From contig CP158635.1 in NCBI GenBank assembly GCA_050273025.1, forward strand, positions 8,122,001 to 8,186,000: a DNA stretch of 64,000 nt, in the 5' to 3' direction. Position numbers and translations under genes: made by a program. Below the pieces are notes generated by a model, which had not been told where the DNA came from, searched no databases, and saw only the letters and a list, made by a program, of their open reading frames with translations. This document shows, piece after piece, positions 13,101-27,300 of this stretch (within the stretch, counting starts at the first letter, position 1; each line of letters opens with the position of its first letter). Origin of the DNA: Cenococcum geophilum (taxonomy: Eukaryota).

Positions 13101-14186
13101 GCAGTAAATCTATAAAAAGAAAATATTAAGTAGCTTAATAAGTGCATTTAGTAGCAAATTGACAATATAGTAAGGAAACTTACTTTTATACCACTAGACC
13201 TAAGTTCCCTTAGCTTACTAGCATTTATAAACGCCTCCTTTACTAATAATAGGGACCTATTATCGTAAATCGGCTTTGTAATCGTACTTATAGACTATAA
13301 TTAGGACGTAAATATACTGCACTAGTCTTTAATTAAGTGTAAATAAGTAACCCGCAGTATACTAGCCTCTAAACTATATATACTAGCTTATAGCTTTAAT
13401 ATAGCAGCTGCAATTAAATTAACGGTCTAGAAGATTCTACAACTAGAGTAGTTACCCCTGGTTTTATACACCAATTTAAAGTCCCTCTATGACTACCTAG
13501 TTAAACTAGGTACAATATAAGAGAAGAGGCTTATAGTCAACCTAATGTGCTTATATTAGGCCTACAAACAATATAAAATTGCGGAGGTTAAATAAATTAG
13601 TGGCGGAAATAACCTAGCAGACGCTATAACTAAGGCAAAGCCGTATTAAGCCCTTAAAACCCTAATTAACACAAATAAGCTTAACCTAAAAGTTATAAAA
13701 TAGGTAGAATGGGACTAACGGAGTACCTATAGTACGCCTATGGCCCGTTAAAAGGCCGTACGGCTTATTATACGGCCTATTCTACGGACTATAAGTTATT
13801 AGGTAGAAAACGGTAGAAAGCTATAATAGAACTTAGTGGACTTACGTAACCTGCCAAATTCTACTATATTCTGCCACAGAAGTTAAATCCACTAATTATA
13901 ATTTTCCATGCCAGGCACGGAAAATCGCTATTAGCTCGCTTAGCACTAGCGTCTTAGCGGCCCTTAAGATCTAACTTATGGCTCGTCTACTGCCCGTTAA
14001 AAGGCTGTATGGTTTATTTTACGGACCATAAGTAGGACTTACGGCTAGCTTAGGGCACCGTTTGGAAGGCAGCCTAGAAGGCACCTTGGGAGGAGTTTCC
14101 TATATATTTTCTTATATATTTTATAGTTCTATTAAGGCAATTACGGAGGCTATATATAAGTGGTTTTATTTTCTAAGTACCGCTAG

Positions 14187-14412
14187 TGTATAATTATAGC
14201 ACCTAGTATATAAACGCGTAAATACGCGTTCGTGCACTAACCACCTACGTGCTAACTAATTAGGGGGGAGGCGCGTTAGTATATAGACCACGTAGTCTAC
14301 CTTAATAGAATTAACAGTCACCATCCAAACAAGCATACAATACTACACGTATTTCGTGCCCGTGGATACGACTTACTTGTGCTATTAAGTTAGTACGAAC
14401 ATTAATATAACA
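14187..14412 (+). repeat. Probable 3' LTR of Copia-A
   Basis: TG...CA ends, position downstream of RNase H and the 3' UTR, and a preceding GCTAG as in the Copia-B junction. The partner LTR is not in the window. Confidence 0.6.
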
Positions 14413-14442
14413 GATTCTTTAAGTATTTATATCCTTAGCTAT

Positions 14443-14670
14443 TATTAGTATACTTTAACAACGTGCAGAATATATATATCACAATAATATATACTATGCG
14501 GTGTTGTAGGTAGATCTTGTCTTTCAATACGAAGAAGGGTGAGGAACTTAAGGTTCCTTACCACGCTAGTGCCGCGGCGACACGTGATGGCAACTTGCCT
14601 TATGTAACGGCAACTTGCCATACGTAACGGCAATTTGCCTCCTATTGCAATGCAATATATTCTAGCTACA
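14443..14670 (-). mobile_element. Solo LTR related to the Copia-B LTR
   Basis: T(G>A)TTAG...CTACA flanked by the 5-bp TSD GCTAT (14438-42, 14671-75). The core CCACGCTAGTGCCGCGGCGACACGT...GCAACTTGCC is shared with LTR 59194-59401. Confidence 0.85.
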
Positions 14671-15316
14671 GCTATATATATTACAGCCCTATATCTATAA
14701 TATTAAGGGGGGAGATACGGCGTCGTAAAAGATAAGTTAGGGGCCATTCGGTTATACCTCTATATCCAATATGGAGGCTCCATATTTAACCAAAACGGAG
14801 CTTAAATCTAAATATAAGGTGGTCGTTCGGTAAATATAACGACTTTTAAATATGGAGCTCCTCCATATCGGTAAGTGCGTCAAATTTGCAAGCTATACTA
14901 TATACGGTAGTTAAAATAAGGTTCTTGGCACCGTTTCAATATGTTGCCTTCGAGCCTCCGTTCCATATTCCATACCAATAGGGGGGTTTCGATAAACCGT
15001 TAAAAGGTATCTGTTAGAAGGTAATTCAACTTAAACCGAGCAATCAGTCAGCGATTTGCACGTACTAGTATTATATAGTTAGTAAGGTCTTTTAACAGAG
15101 TTAATTCTTAGTAAACTATAGAAGTTCTAATGAAAATATTTAACGGAACTTTAAGCCTATATAACACTTTATTTACTACATCAATTACCCTTATATTTAC
15201 TACAGTTTATTATTACCGCTATACCTTCTAATCCTATCTATAAGGAAGGCCGAATAGCTAATTTAGTAGAGCAAATGCGACGTAAAGCTAGTGCTATTTA
15301 TACCCCGCCTAACCGA

Positions 15317-18300
15317 TATAACGGAACCTTATAGCAGGAACTACAATAGGTTCTGTTAATGGGCTAGGTGTATAGGAAATGCAAAGACAGTAGTTAACAA
15401 CGTAATAATAACTAGTGGAGTAGTTGCCTAATAGATTAACTCTAATTATATTCTAAGAATTACTATAAGGAAGGAACTATCTAGGTAGGGACTAAGGGTC
15501 CTTAAATACACAACCATACTCCTATAAAATTCTCCTTATACGTAATATACGTGTTATATATATTATACGTATTATACACCGCGTATACTGCGTATACTAC
15601 GTATAACATTATATAACTCGCTTACTACTCTTCGTTATATAGTTCTACGGGTTCTATCCTAGACTATGCCTATATTAACTAACTAGCTTTTTTTAACTCT
15701 TCTCTAAGTAGTTATAATATTGTACTTAAAGCGTTCGTAACACTATCTCCCTCCTCTCTATCTTCGTCCTTAAAGATACCTAATATCTCTAAGTTATTTA
15801 CTAAAGGTGTAATATCCGTCTAATTAATTTAGTTAATATTGTTACTTATAATACCTAAAGCCTCTTTTTCTTTATAAGCGCAACGCCGTGCCCGCACTAT
15901 TGCTGTAATATTATCGCTTAGTGAAATAATACTATCTTCATGTTCTTGTTATTTAAAAGAGGGGTTAGTTTATATTACGTTAGCAAATCCTTTATCTTAA
16001 TAACCTTCTTCTTATTTAGAGTGCACTAAAATAAATATTTAATTGTCTTACGATGTTTATTCTACTTCTAACGCTAAATATACGCGTCTTATAACTCTTA
16101 ATAGTTTCTAAGTTCCCTAAGTAATTTGTTATAGGGTCTTATATTTAATTTGCTGCTATAAAGCTTAATAGTAAACTGTCCGTCGCCCTAGCGGAACTTT
16201 ATTATTTACGCGACGCTAAGAAGGAGGCCGCTAATACTTAATAACAGGCTCTTAATTCTCGTCTTGCTGCGTCTACTTGGTTAATTTATCTTAAGAAAGT
16301 TTATAAAAAGGTTTATTCTAAGGAGTGGAAACTTATAGAATAAGGTTTATAGGAACTTGGCGATAAAAGAACGGATTCTCTTCTAATAAAGAAGGAAACA
16401 ACTCTGTATAATTTGGCAGTCGCTCTTCTTAGGTCCCCCTTAGGTAACTTATTCTTTAGCGATTCCCCTTTATTAATGTTACCTAACCTTTTCTTTTCTA
16501 ATACTCCTATACCTTTCCTATAGCATTCTTTAGGTTTTCTAGTAGCTCCTAGGTAGTCTCGTTATAGCCTATCTACTTTACTTTATACTATGTTTTATCG
16601 TCTACGTCCTTATAACTAACGATCTTTAAAATTTGCTATTTATCTTCTTCCTATCCTTTATACGTGTCTGCCTCGTAGACTGGTAGCTTAATATTTCTAT
16701 ATGCTGGCTCTAGTATTATAATATACTGTATAGGGTAGATCTTTATCCTGGCTAGTAGATTTAACTTAAATATAACCAATGAAATTCTCTATATAATTTT
16801 AAAAGGTCCTAGTCTAATATAGTCCAACTTCTTACTTAGTTGTTAACTCTTGAAATTTTTATATAGTAGCCACACTTTATCTCCCTCCTTAAGATCTGGT
16901 CCCTTAGATCTTTTAGCATTATAGCACCTCTCCATTCTTTGCTGTACCACTTTAGCTATACTACTTGTCTTCTTTACTTAACGTGGCGATAATAATGTCC
17001 TTAGCTTATATCCGTAATTTGCTTTAAATAGTAATATACCCATTCCTTCCTATAGTGTTGCATTATATATAAACTATATAACTAGTAATAGTAATACCTA
17101 ATTGTTCTATATATGATTAACATAATGCCTTAGATACTATTCTAGTATTTAATTTAATCTTTCCATTTAACCGTCTGTCTGTAGATAATATGCGGTAAAA
17201 GTTACTATTTAAACTCCTTACTCTGCTAAGAATACTTTCTAAAATACTTCTATAAATCTTGGATCTCTGTCTAATATAATCTTACTTAGTACTCTATATC
17301 TTATAAACACTTCTTTAATATAGATTTTAGCGACATCTTCTGCTAATATTTCTTCTAAATATGCTATAAAGTATCCCCACTTTATAAGCTTGTCTACTAT
17401 TACTAAGATTACGTTATAATCTTATCCGGTAATAGGATCTCTTAACTTTAGTAACTTTATAATAAAATCCCATAATATGACCTCCTATGGTCTCTCTAGT
17501 ATTTTAACTAGTTATAGCCCTCTATATAGCTTATGCCTTATTAGTTTATTTCTTTAGCAATTTAGATATTCTTTTATAACTTACCTAGTTAATCCCCAGA
17601 TTCCATTAATAATATACTTCTCTTAAAGTCTTAACACTAAGCCTATAGCTCCGTTGTGTCCTTAAGTTAGTCCTTTATAAAATAACTTAATAAACTCTTT
17701 TATAATAGCCCTTAGCATATATATCGCTTCTTAATTTTCGTACTGCTCTAAGTCTAAATTCTCTGTTTGTGCGTCTAGGATCTTTTATATCTAATTACTC
17801 TCTAGTAATTTATAGATCTTCTCTTCTTATGTTACTATAATCTTTAGATAATTATATTTAATTAATCTATCTATATCCTTTCGCAGTAAAGCCCCTAATA
17901 GCTTTTTGTCGCTTTATAGTTTAGCCTTTTTACTTAAAGCATTTGCTTATACGTTCTCTAAACCCTTAATATACTAAATCTTAAAATGGTATTCTATAAG
18001 CATCTCAGCCCATCTAACCTATCTGTAATTAAGTTCTTTTGTTATTAGGAACCCCGTTAGGTTCTTATAATCTGTTTTAACTATAAATAGTTTCTCTATA
18101 CCTTATAAGAATAATCTCTATTCCCTTAATGCTATAACTATACCTAATAACTCCTTATTATAGATGTTATAGTTTAGTTCTAGTAGTATTATCTTTCAAC
18201 TATAATATGCCACTAGGTGCCATCTATCTTAATATTTTTTATAGAAAGTACGCTCCTAATGCATCTGTCTTAACTACTATCTCTAACTATGGCTAATAGA

Positions 18301-21300
18301 TCTTAAGAACTGGCTCCTAGGTAAACAACTATTTAATCCTCTTAAATAGTTCTCTTTATTCCTCTCCCTATGCCTATAGTTCTTCTTTCTTTATTAATCT
18401 TATAAATGGCTTAATATTCTTTAACTATTAAGCTATAAACCTTCTATAGTAATTACAGAACCCTAGAAATAACCTTAGCTGTATTATATTTTCTAGTTCT
18501 TACCAATTTACTATGGCCTCGATCTTTTTTAAATCTATACTAAGTTAGCCTAGTTTAATAATAAATCTAATAAAATTAGTTTTCCTAGTAAAGAACTTAT
18601 ATTCTTAATTACTACTAGTATCTATTCCTCTTATAGTCTCTTTAAAACCTATTTAACGTATTCTCTATATTCTTCCTTACTTATTAAGTAGATAATAATA
18701 TTATTAAGGTATACCATAACAAATTCATCCAAGTGTTCTCTTAATATATTATTAATACGCTTCTAAAACGTTGCTAGTGTATTTATAAGCCTAAATTATA
18801 TAACTAGTGGTTTATATAGTCCTTTCTTTAACCTAAAGGCTGCCTTTTATTTGTTGCCTTTCTTAATCCTAATCTAATGATACGCCTATCTTAGATCTAT
18901 CTTTGTAAAGATTTACGTATTACTAATCCTATCTTAGATTTTGCTAATTAAGGGTAAAGGATACCTATTGTCACAGTGCTGCAATAAAGTAGACTGAATA
19001 ACTACGTTGTGGTATAAAGAGGGGAAGAAGGTGGAAAGGGGGTATTGTATATAAATAGTAGGGCCGGCCGCTAAGTCGCTAGTAGTAGGCCAGCCAATAG
19101 TAGGGAACAGTATAAGACAGTATAAAACAGTATGCGTCAGGTTAGTGCCATAACAGTACTCCTCTCCCCCAAATGGTTTGGTCCCTAAACCGAATAGATA
19201 ACTTAAAAATAGGTAGTGTACGGGGTTGTCTATTTTCTACCGCAAAGATATTAGTTCCGCTTACCGCCCTTAACCGAGCTAATGGCGATTTTCTATACCA
19301 GGCATAGAAAATCCTAATTAGTTAGTTTAGTAAATAAGGTTAGCAGAACTCTATACCGCCACCTAAATCGGTCCGTATAGCATTTCTTAGCAAGAATTTG
19401 GCTAATTAGATAACTTTAACCGCTAGTTAAAGTTCTATAACATCTTAACCACCATAAATTTTAATACGGTGGTCGGCCGCGACCTTAGCGTGACTTTTCC
19501 TTATCTTATACCTAGTCTGAGGGTCTTAGCTTCTTAGGGTATTACTTATAAAAGCGCTATATAGCTTATTTATAACCCTTTAGGTTTTCCTCTAGCTGCT
19601 AGGTTATATCCTTATAATATTTCTATTTAATCTTATAAGTTAGGCCCTAGGGGTCTTTGTTGTGTACATTAAGGATTTTCTTAAACTCCTATTTATCTTC
19701 TATATTGCCGTTATTATTTCTCTCTATTACTCGTCCTTGTATATTACGGCGCTCTATAGTATTAATATTTGCTTAGCTAGGGATCTCTTTAGCAGCCTAG
19801 AGGCGGACCTTAGATATATAAAAGGATTTGTTTACTCGGATGTGGTCTAGGAGGTTTACTATAACTACCCCTTAGTATACTGCGAGTACGGGGTACAGGC
19901 CGTCCCATTTATTGTCCCATTTCTTCTTAGGTCTGTTTGTCTTTATATTTTTTAAGCTAACCATAACTATATTACCTTTATAGAATAACACGCTCTTATC
20001 CCTACGGGTATTAGCATTATCTTTATAGCGTTACTGTAAAATCCGGGCTAGGGCCTTAAGCTATATTAATATCCGCTTAAAGCAGTTAGCTATAAAGTCT
20101 ACGCGGAAGAACTCCTTCTTTACTTATACTAATAGTGTCGGTAGGCGGGGGCCAGTAGGCTCAATTTTAAGGTAAGGGTTAAAGCCATAGTTTGCAAAAA
20201 ATGGGGAGATGCCTATGCTCTTGTTAACTTGGTTATTTATAGCAAACTTAGTAAGCAGTAGGTAGTTAACCTAGTCGTCCTATATAAAGCTAATAAAAGC
20301 ATAAAGGTATTTATTTACGGCGGCGTTAATAATTTTAGTTTAGCCGTCCGTTTCTAGGTGCTAGGCTAAGCTTAGTCGCAAGGTTGTCTTAAGGCGTTTA
20401 CTTAGTTATTACTAGAAGTTGTTAATAAATTATATACCGTAATTAGAGATAATCGTGCTTAGTGCACCGTAGAGCTTATATACGTTGTTAATAAAGCTAT
20501 TAACTAACTCCTCTGTTAAGAGTCCTATTACTAGAATAAGATATCGCATTTTAGTTAGGCGGTCTATAATAATAAGGATATGTTTATATGCCTTACCGTA
20601 GCGTTAGTATACTGGCAGCGTTATAATATAGTTAATTAAGATATTGGTCTATAGGCGGGTAGGTAATTCTAGTAGCTTTAGGAAATTAGGTAGGGCAGAA
20701 TAGGGGGTCTTAGTATAAAAGCATAGGGCACAGTTTTTAATAAAGGTAGCCGTAAACTAGGAGATTCCTAGCTACTAGTATATTTAGTTTAAGAGGTTAA
20801 GAGTCTTAACCCGGCTAGGGTAACTAGTAGGGCCGCTGCTATAAGAGTAATAGGTAACTTTTAGGCGGAGGTCTAGGGCGTTAGGGACGAAGAGATGTTA
20901 GCGGAAGTAGATCTGTCTATTAATAATACTATATTCTAACTTATCGCAATAGAGTAATTTCCTAATTTTCTTTAGCTAACGGCGAGCTTTCCGATTACGT
21001 AAGGCTGCCACTATATCTCTTATAAGTTTGTTCTCCTAGTATCCTAGCTAAATTAACTTATCTAGTAACTTTTTAGCTATTTTGGGGTCTAGAGCGGCTA
21101 TAAACTCTGCGTTATTAGAGTTACGGGACCTATATAGTAATTCTTCTAAGATTATAGGGTTAACTTTCTAGGGCAGTATAATAACTTAGGCTCGGTAGCG
21201 GAGGCGTTTATTATTAGCGTCCTTAGGCCTTATTCCTAGTAGCTAGCTTAGGGCGTTAGGGAGCGTGGCTTTGCTGCTAGGTTTATATATAATTATAAAG

Positions 21301-24300
21301 TTAAACTATAAAAGGAACTCTACCTACTAGACTTGGCACTAGTTTAGCTGCTTAGTAGTTATAAACGTCTATAGGTTTTTATAGTTAGTAATAATTTTAA
21401 ACAGCTCCTTAGTCCCTTGCAGCTTAGGACGCTATTCCTCTAAAGCCTTAATAATAGCTAGGAGTTCTTTATTATAGATCTTATAGTTATATTTTAGCGC
21501 GGAGTGCTTTATAGAGAAGAATACGACTAGTCTTAATTTTCTGTTATTATTATATTAGGAAAGGACTCCGCTAAAAGCCTAATTTAATGCGTTTGTCTCT
21601 ACCACTGTTTTCTTTATATAGTTATAGTATGCTAGTACTAGTGCTAAAGTAAAGGCTCCCTTAAGGGCCTTAAATGATTTAGCTTATTCTAGTCCCTATA
21701 GCCATCCGATATCCTTCTTTAGAAGTTTTATTATAGGTGTAGCGATAGTAGAGTAGCCTTAGATAAATCGTTAGTAGAAATTCGCGAAGCCGAGAAATTG
21801 TTGTAGTTCTTTAATTAATGTTAGGTCCTTCTATTCCTATAAGGCCTATATCTTCTTAGGGTCTATAGTTATACTATTAGTTAAAATAATTAAGCCGAGG
21901 TATTTTATTTTAGTAGAGTAGAACTTAAACTTATTAATATTAATCTAAAGTCCAGCATTGCCGAGTTTTTAGATAACTTTATTTATATACTTAGTATACT
22001 TAGCGCGTGTTTTAGAAAAGATAAGGACGTTATTAAGGTAGGTAGTATAGTAGTTATTAAGGGTATTATATAGAATATAGTTAATATAGTTTTGGAACGT
22101 AGCGGGTGCGTTATAGAGGCTAAATAGTGTAATTAGTATCTTATAGAGTCTAAACCGGGTAATAAATACTATAAGCCACTTATAGCCCTCCGCAATCTAG
22201 ATCCGGTTAAATATAGCAATTATATTAAGTTTAGTAAAGTACTTAGCGCTATAAAGTACGTCAAGTGTCTCGTGGATTAGTGGCAGTAGGTATCAATTCT
22301 TAATAGTGACTATGTTTAGGCCTTGGTAGTTGTAATAAATTTATACACCGCCGCCAGGCTTAGCAGCGAGGAGGAGTGGTATAGTAGCTAGTGAGGTTAA
22401 TTCGCGGATAAAACCCTTATCTAGCATCTTATTAATCCACTTCTTTACATACCTAAGTTTAGCAGGTAAGAGTGGTTTATTTTTATAGTATGGGGCCTAG
22501 TTTCCAGGGGTGATCTCAATTTTATGGTCCTATAGTTAGTAAGGGGGCAGCTTATCTACGTTCTTAGGGAGGAAGTGCTTAATATATTTACTAAACTCCT
22601 TTAGTAGGCGTTATAGAATGTCTTTACGGGTTAATCCTGGTTTACCTTTTAGGAATTTTTTAACATTAGTATCGACTATCTTCCAATATAAAAGCTTGGG
22701 TTTAGTTTTTAGATTTATCTTAAGAAAGTTATAGAAATAGGGGGGGAGCGCTTTACGGGCTTCCTTTATTATATAGTTGCCTTCCACTAGCCAGCGGAAA
22801 GACCTTTCTAATAAGTTTAGTACTTCTATTAGGCCTATAGGCAGCTTTTTAAGCAGCTGTCGGTGCTTATCTTGTTTAACTAGTTCTACTAGCTCCGCTA
22901 TATAAATCCTTATTACCTTTACGTCTTTTTATTTATAGAACTAGGTAAAATTAATAGTATAGGTGCATTTAATATCGTCTAGGTTGGGGCGTATCTAGCT
23001 CTCCGGTGCTACGGCTAGGCTAGCATAGCTTAGTTAGCCTAGGGGGGCGAAAACGAGGCGGCGGCCCTATACAGTACGCGCGGGAGATAGGTGTAAGGTT
23101 AGGCATTATAGTGGCGCGGTTTCTATTATCTAGGTCTTAGTAGTTCTATAACCAGTCCTTACTATAACGCAAGCTGTAGTGTGTATATATAGCATATAGC
23201 TTAGTTTTAGGTGTTAGGCTAGGCGGCTGGGGTTTAAATAGTGCCTAGGTTAGGGTTGGTTTTTTAGTAGTAACGGCGCAAAGCGGACCTTCTTCCTTGG
23301 TCTCGGCAGGGCTGGCTAGCCCGTTATTTTAGTCTTAAGTGCTAGGTTAGTCCAGTCTTCTACTATCTCATTTCTTTATAGCTATACGGGCTCCCCTTTA
23401 TTAGGAACGTCTTCTACTATTAGGGCTTTGTATATAGTCCTAGGCACTAGGCTTAGTAGTACTAAGTGTCTATATAGGGCGTCCCTGCTAATGTTGGCTA
23501 TCCCCTATGGGAGGTAGTGCCTAGAGTAGTAGTCTAAGTTAAAGCGGATCTTAAGTTTCCTAAAGCTAGGACAGGGCTTATGCTTCTGAAGCTAGGGTAT
23601 GCCTAGAATAATTAGGGTAGCGGGCGAGAGTTTAGTAATAAAAAAGAGTATAGCTTTAGTATAGAGGCCAATTAATATTTGGGCGGTGAAGTAGTCCGTA
23701 ATAAGTGAAGTTTGGATACTATCTGCAAGGCGCAGTGGCCTAAGTGCTAGTAGCTTCTTGGTTATAACGTTATACTTTCTTATAATAGACTCTACGTTAG
23801 CAAATGCTATTATGGTACTACTAGAGTCTACTAGGCTTACTATATTAATATAAACTTAGGGGTATAGGTTACGTAATAAGGAGAGTTAGGTTTAAATAAG
23901 GATTAATTTCTTATTACTATTTACTAATTTAAGATTAAGTAGCAGTTTACTAATAGAAAGGACTAATTAATCTAGTAATAGGGACCTAATCTTCTCGTCT
24001 TTCTCCTTATATAGTTTAAACCCTTAGGCGCAACTTAGTCTAAAGGTTTGCCTTTTAATGACTGGGGTACGGGGCTATCTTAGTGGGGCAGTCTAGTGTC
24101 CGTCTAGCTGGCGGTGTTTATCTCTGTTTTAGTCGGGGTATAGGAAGATAATACCTCACTAATAACGTAGCCGTGTTCGTATTCGCTAGCGCGAAGTCAC
24201 TAATGCTAGGCGTTATTAATGGGTTAGGCTCCTATATAGGGTATAGTTTGGAGTAACTAAGCCGTAGGGTTAAAGGGGGGGGGTCGTCTGCCGCGGCTAT

Positions 24301-27300
24301 AATAGGCTCCGTGGTCGCCGTGTCTATAATAGACTCTACAGTCGCCGCGTCCGCGGTTATTTATTTATGTCGTTTAACGGGGTAGCATTAGGACTAGGTT
24401 TGCTATCTTAGCGGGGTTATAGGTATCCTTTTAGTGGCTAGGTAGGCTATAGGCAAGGCGTAATCTATTATTAACGCGGCGCTTATGCTCCGTGTCTAAG
24501 ATTCTATTAAGGTCTATAGGTTCTCTAGTTACTACTAGGGTTAGGGTTAATATAGGGGTAGGGGCTTAGGCAGGTAGGTGGTGGTTAGCGTTCTTCTTAA
24601 GGTTGGCTTGGTGTATATAGTTCGCGAGGTTCTTAGCGAATATATCTATCTACTTGCTTTAACCTATATAGTTACTATTATTAATTTTATGGGCCAGTTT
24701 AAGTACCAGCTCTTCTATTTTCGGAGAGATAAACTTTTAGAGTAGGTCCACCTTCTATTCGTCTGTCTTCTTAGCGTAGACTATTAGCTTGTTAAGCTCT
24801 TCCTTTTAGGACTAGTAATTACGCTTACCTTAGGGGAAATAATTAAGCTTGTTCTTTGCGACCTAGGTTATGTTAAGGACCTTATAGTAGGCAGTAAGGT
24901 CTTTAAGCATATCTTCCTTAGTAGGCCATTTCCATGTAGATATATTGTTTAGGTTCTTATGTATAAGCTTTAGGCCCTGCTTAATAAACTTATAAGCCTT
25001 ATCCTCTAGTATATCCGAGATATAAAGGATCTGGGACTGAACTATATTAAAGTAGTTCTAGTCCCAGTTAAAGACTCCCTTAATCTTAATGTGCTAGGTC
25101 TTAAAATTAGCTTGTTATTCTAGCGGGGTGCCTTTTCCGCTAAATATTGGCGGGTCTTTAGATCTCCGTTTTTTCTGCTAGGTTACTACTATTATTATAG
25201 GGGTTAATTATTTTAGAACGGTAATAGTCTCTGCCTAGGAGTTAATAGTTCCTATCTAAGAAGCGATAAGGGCACTAAGGTTTTTATTAGCTTTCTTGTT
25301 AGCGGTATTTATATTATATATATACTATAGTCCTACTTTAATATTGTTAAGGAACTTATTGGTATAGTTAATAAGGGTAAGGTAAGCTTTGCTAGGCTTA
25401 AAGGTCTTAGGGTATAGTAGGGAGCGGCGGATTGTCCACGCGATATTAGGGTATATCTCTGTAAATAGGTCTGCGAAAATATCGCGGGGGTTCTAGGTTT
25501 TGGCCATTTTGGCATTATTAGTGTTACCCATCTAGGCGCTAAGTAAAAACTAAGGATTATTCTAGGACTGTGCTAGGGACGTGTTGGTTTTAGCAAAGGC
25601 GTGTATAGGTCGCGATTGCTCTAGGGCGGAGGTTAATTAGCTAGGGTATAGGGAATTAGTGATTGCGATGGGGCGCAAATTAAAGATACCATAAACTGTC
25701 ACAGTGCTGCAATAAAGTAGACTAAATAACTACGTTATAGTATAAAGAGGGGAAGAAGGTAGAAAGGGGGTATTGTATATAAATAGTAGGGCCGGCCGCT
25801 AAGTCGCTAGTGGTGGGCTAGCTAACAGTAGGGAACAGTACGAGACAGTATGAAACAGTATACGTCAGGTCAGTGCCGTGACACCTATCCTTTTAAATAA
25901 TGCTGTTTAACTATCTATAGTTAATGCATAGCCTAAGTTTTCTATTCTTCTTTAGTATAAATAGTACTGGATATCCTACTAATAACTATAATAGTCTAAT
26001 GTATCCCTTTTAAAGATTTTCCTAGATAAACTCCTTAAGTGCCTATAACTCTTTTTCTGTTAACTTATAAGTTAGGTAAAACCTTAAACTTATTTTTAGT
26101 TCTAACTCTATCTTATAGTCCTATACTATATAATCTAACAGCTTTTTACTTTCTGGTAACTATAGCTTCTTACTATACTTGTGGTATCTCTTTAGTATAT
26201 AACTTAATCCCTAATTAGTCTCCTTATATATCGCTCTAACTTAGTACTATACTAACTTAGTTTATTATCGCATCTTATATTATTATATATCCCTAATATT
26301 AACTTAACCTATAATCCAATTAATCTTTAGATTATATTTCTATAACTAAGGCATTCCTAATACTGCCTTATTATTCCCTAATAGTAATATATTAAAAGAC
26401 ATCTCGACTTATCTCCCTTTAATGGTTATTTAAATTGGTCCTGTTTTAAGATTAATAATACTTCCTCCGTAGGCTATTAGATTTCCTAAAATTGTTACTA
26501 ATAGATAAGGGTGCTCCTTTTGCCTATATAGTAGCCCCATCCTTTTAACTGCTATTAGTAAGATATAGTTTCTTATTGCTCTACTATCTACTAATGCTTT
26601 AAACTGTTAATTTTACTAATTAACTTTTAAATTTAGGTGTTGTTTTTAAATTCCTTTAAGGGTCTAAGGCTCTACTACTAGCTCCTTTTAGTTCTATAGG
26701 CCTCTACTTTTCCTAACTATTAGCTGCTTAATTCTATTGCGCTTAACTCACTCTTTAGCTAGTGCTTAGTTTGCTTTTTATCTTTAATATACTATAGATA
26801 GGTGTTCTCTAAATATTCCTACTATTGTCGTCTATCTAGGTATTCCTCCGTAAGGAATCTTCCTAGTTAAAGTATTAAGTCCCCTAACTCCTAAACTTTT
26901 ATTAGATGCTAGCCGTGTATATACTTAACATTTCTATACTATTGCTTATCTAGCGCCTAATATATCCTTATAGGGTATTTCCAGTTTTTCTCTTTTGGAT
27001 TCTTATGTATCTTATATATATTATCTACACATATAATCTATAATAGTGTATAGTATGCTATGTGCTTTAGGTTAACTCTTAACTCATCTTTATCCTTAAG
27101 TTTAAACCTCTATTATGTTAATCTAAATATTATAACTTTATTCGCAGGTACTAAGACGTATCTCTCGCTTTTCTAGTCCTCTAATCGTTCCTTTAAATCC
27201 TTTAATATTATAATTAAGGCTCCCTTAATATAATTTATTGCTTTTTCTATAATTAGGTAGTCTTAGATAACTCTTTTATCTAACTATATATAGAAATCTT

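Larger units (their letters stand above)
1..14412 (+). mobile_element. RIP-degraded Ty1/copia LTR retrotransposon (Copia-A), 5' end outside window, interrupted by two insertions
   Basis: Degenerate domains occur in copia order: gag (1-1052, 7038-7571, resuming 10125 with a CxxCxxxxC-like knuckle near 10165), protease (I-N/D-I/T-GAS near 10572), integrase (~11000-11750), RT (~12190-13100), RNase H (~13200-13700). Candidate 3' LTR TGTA...AACA at 14187-14412. Many TAA/TAG codons arise from C>T/G>A changes. Confidence 0.85.
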
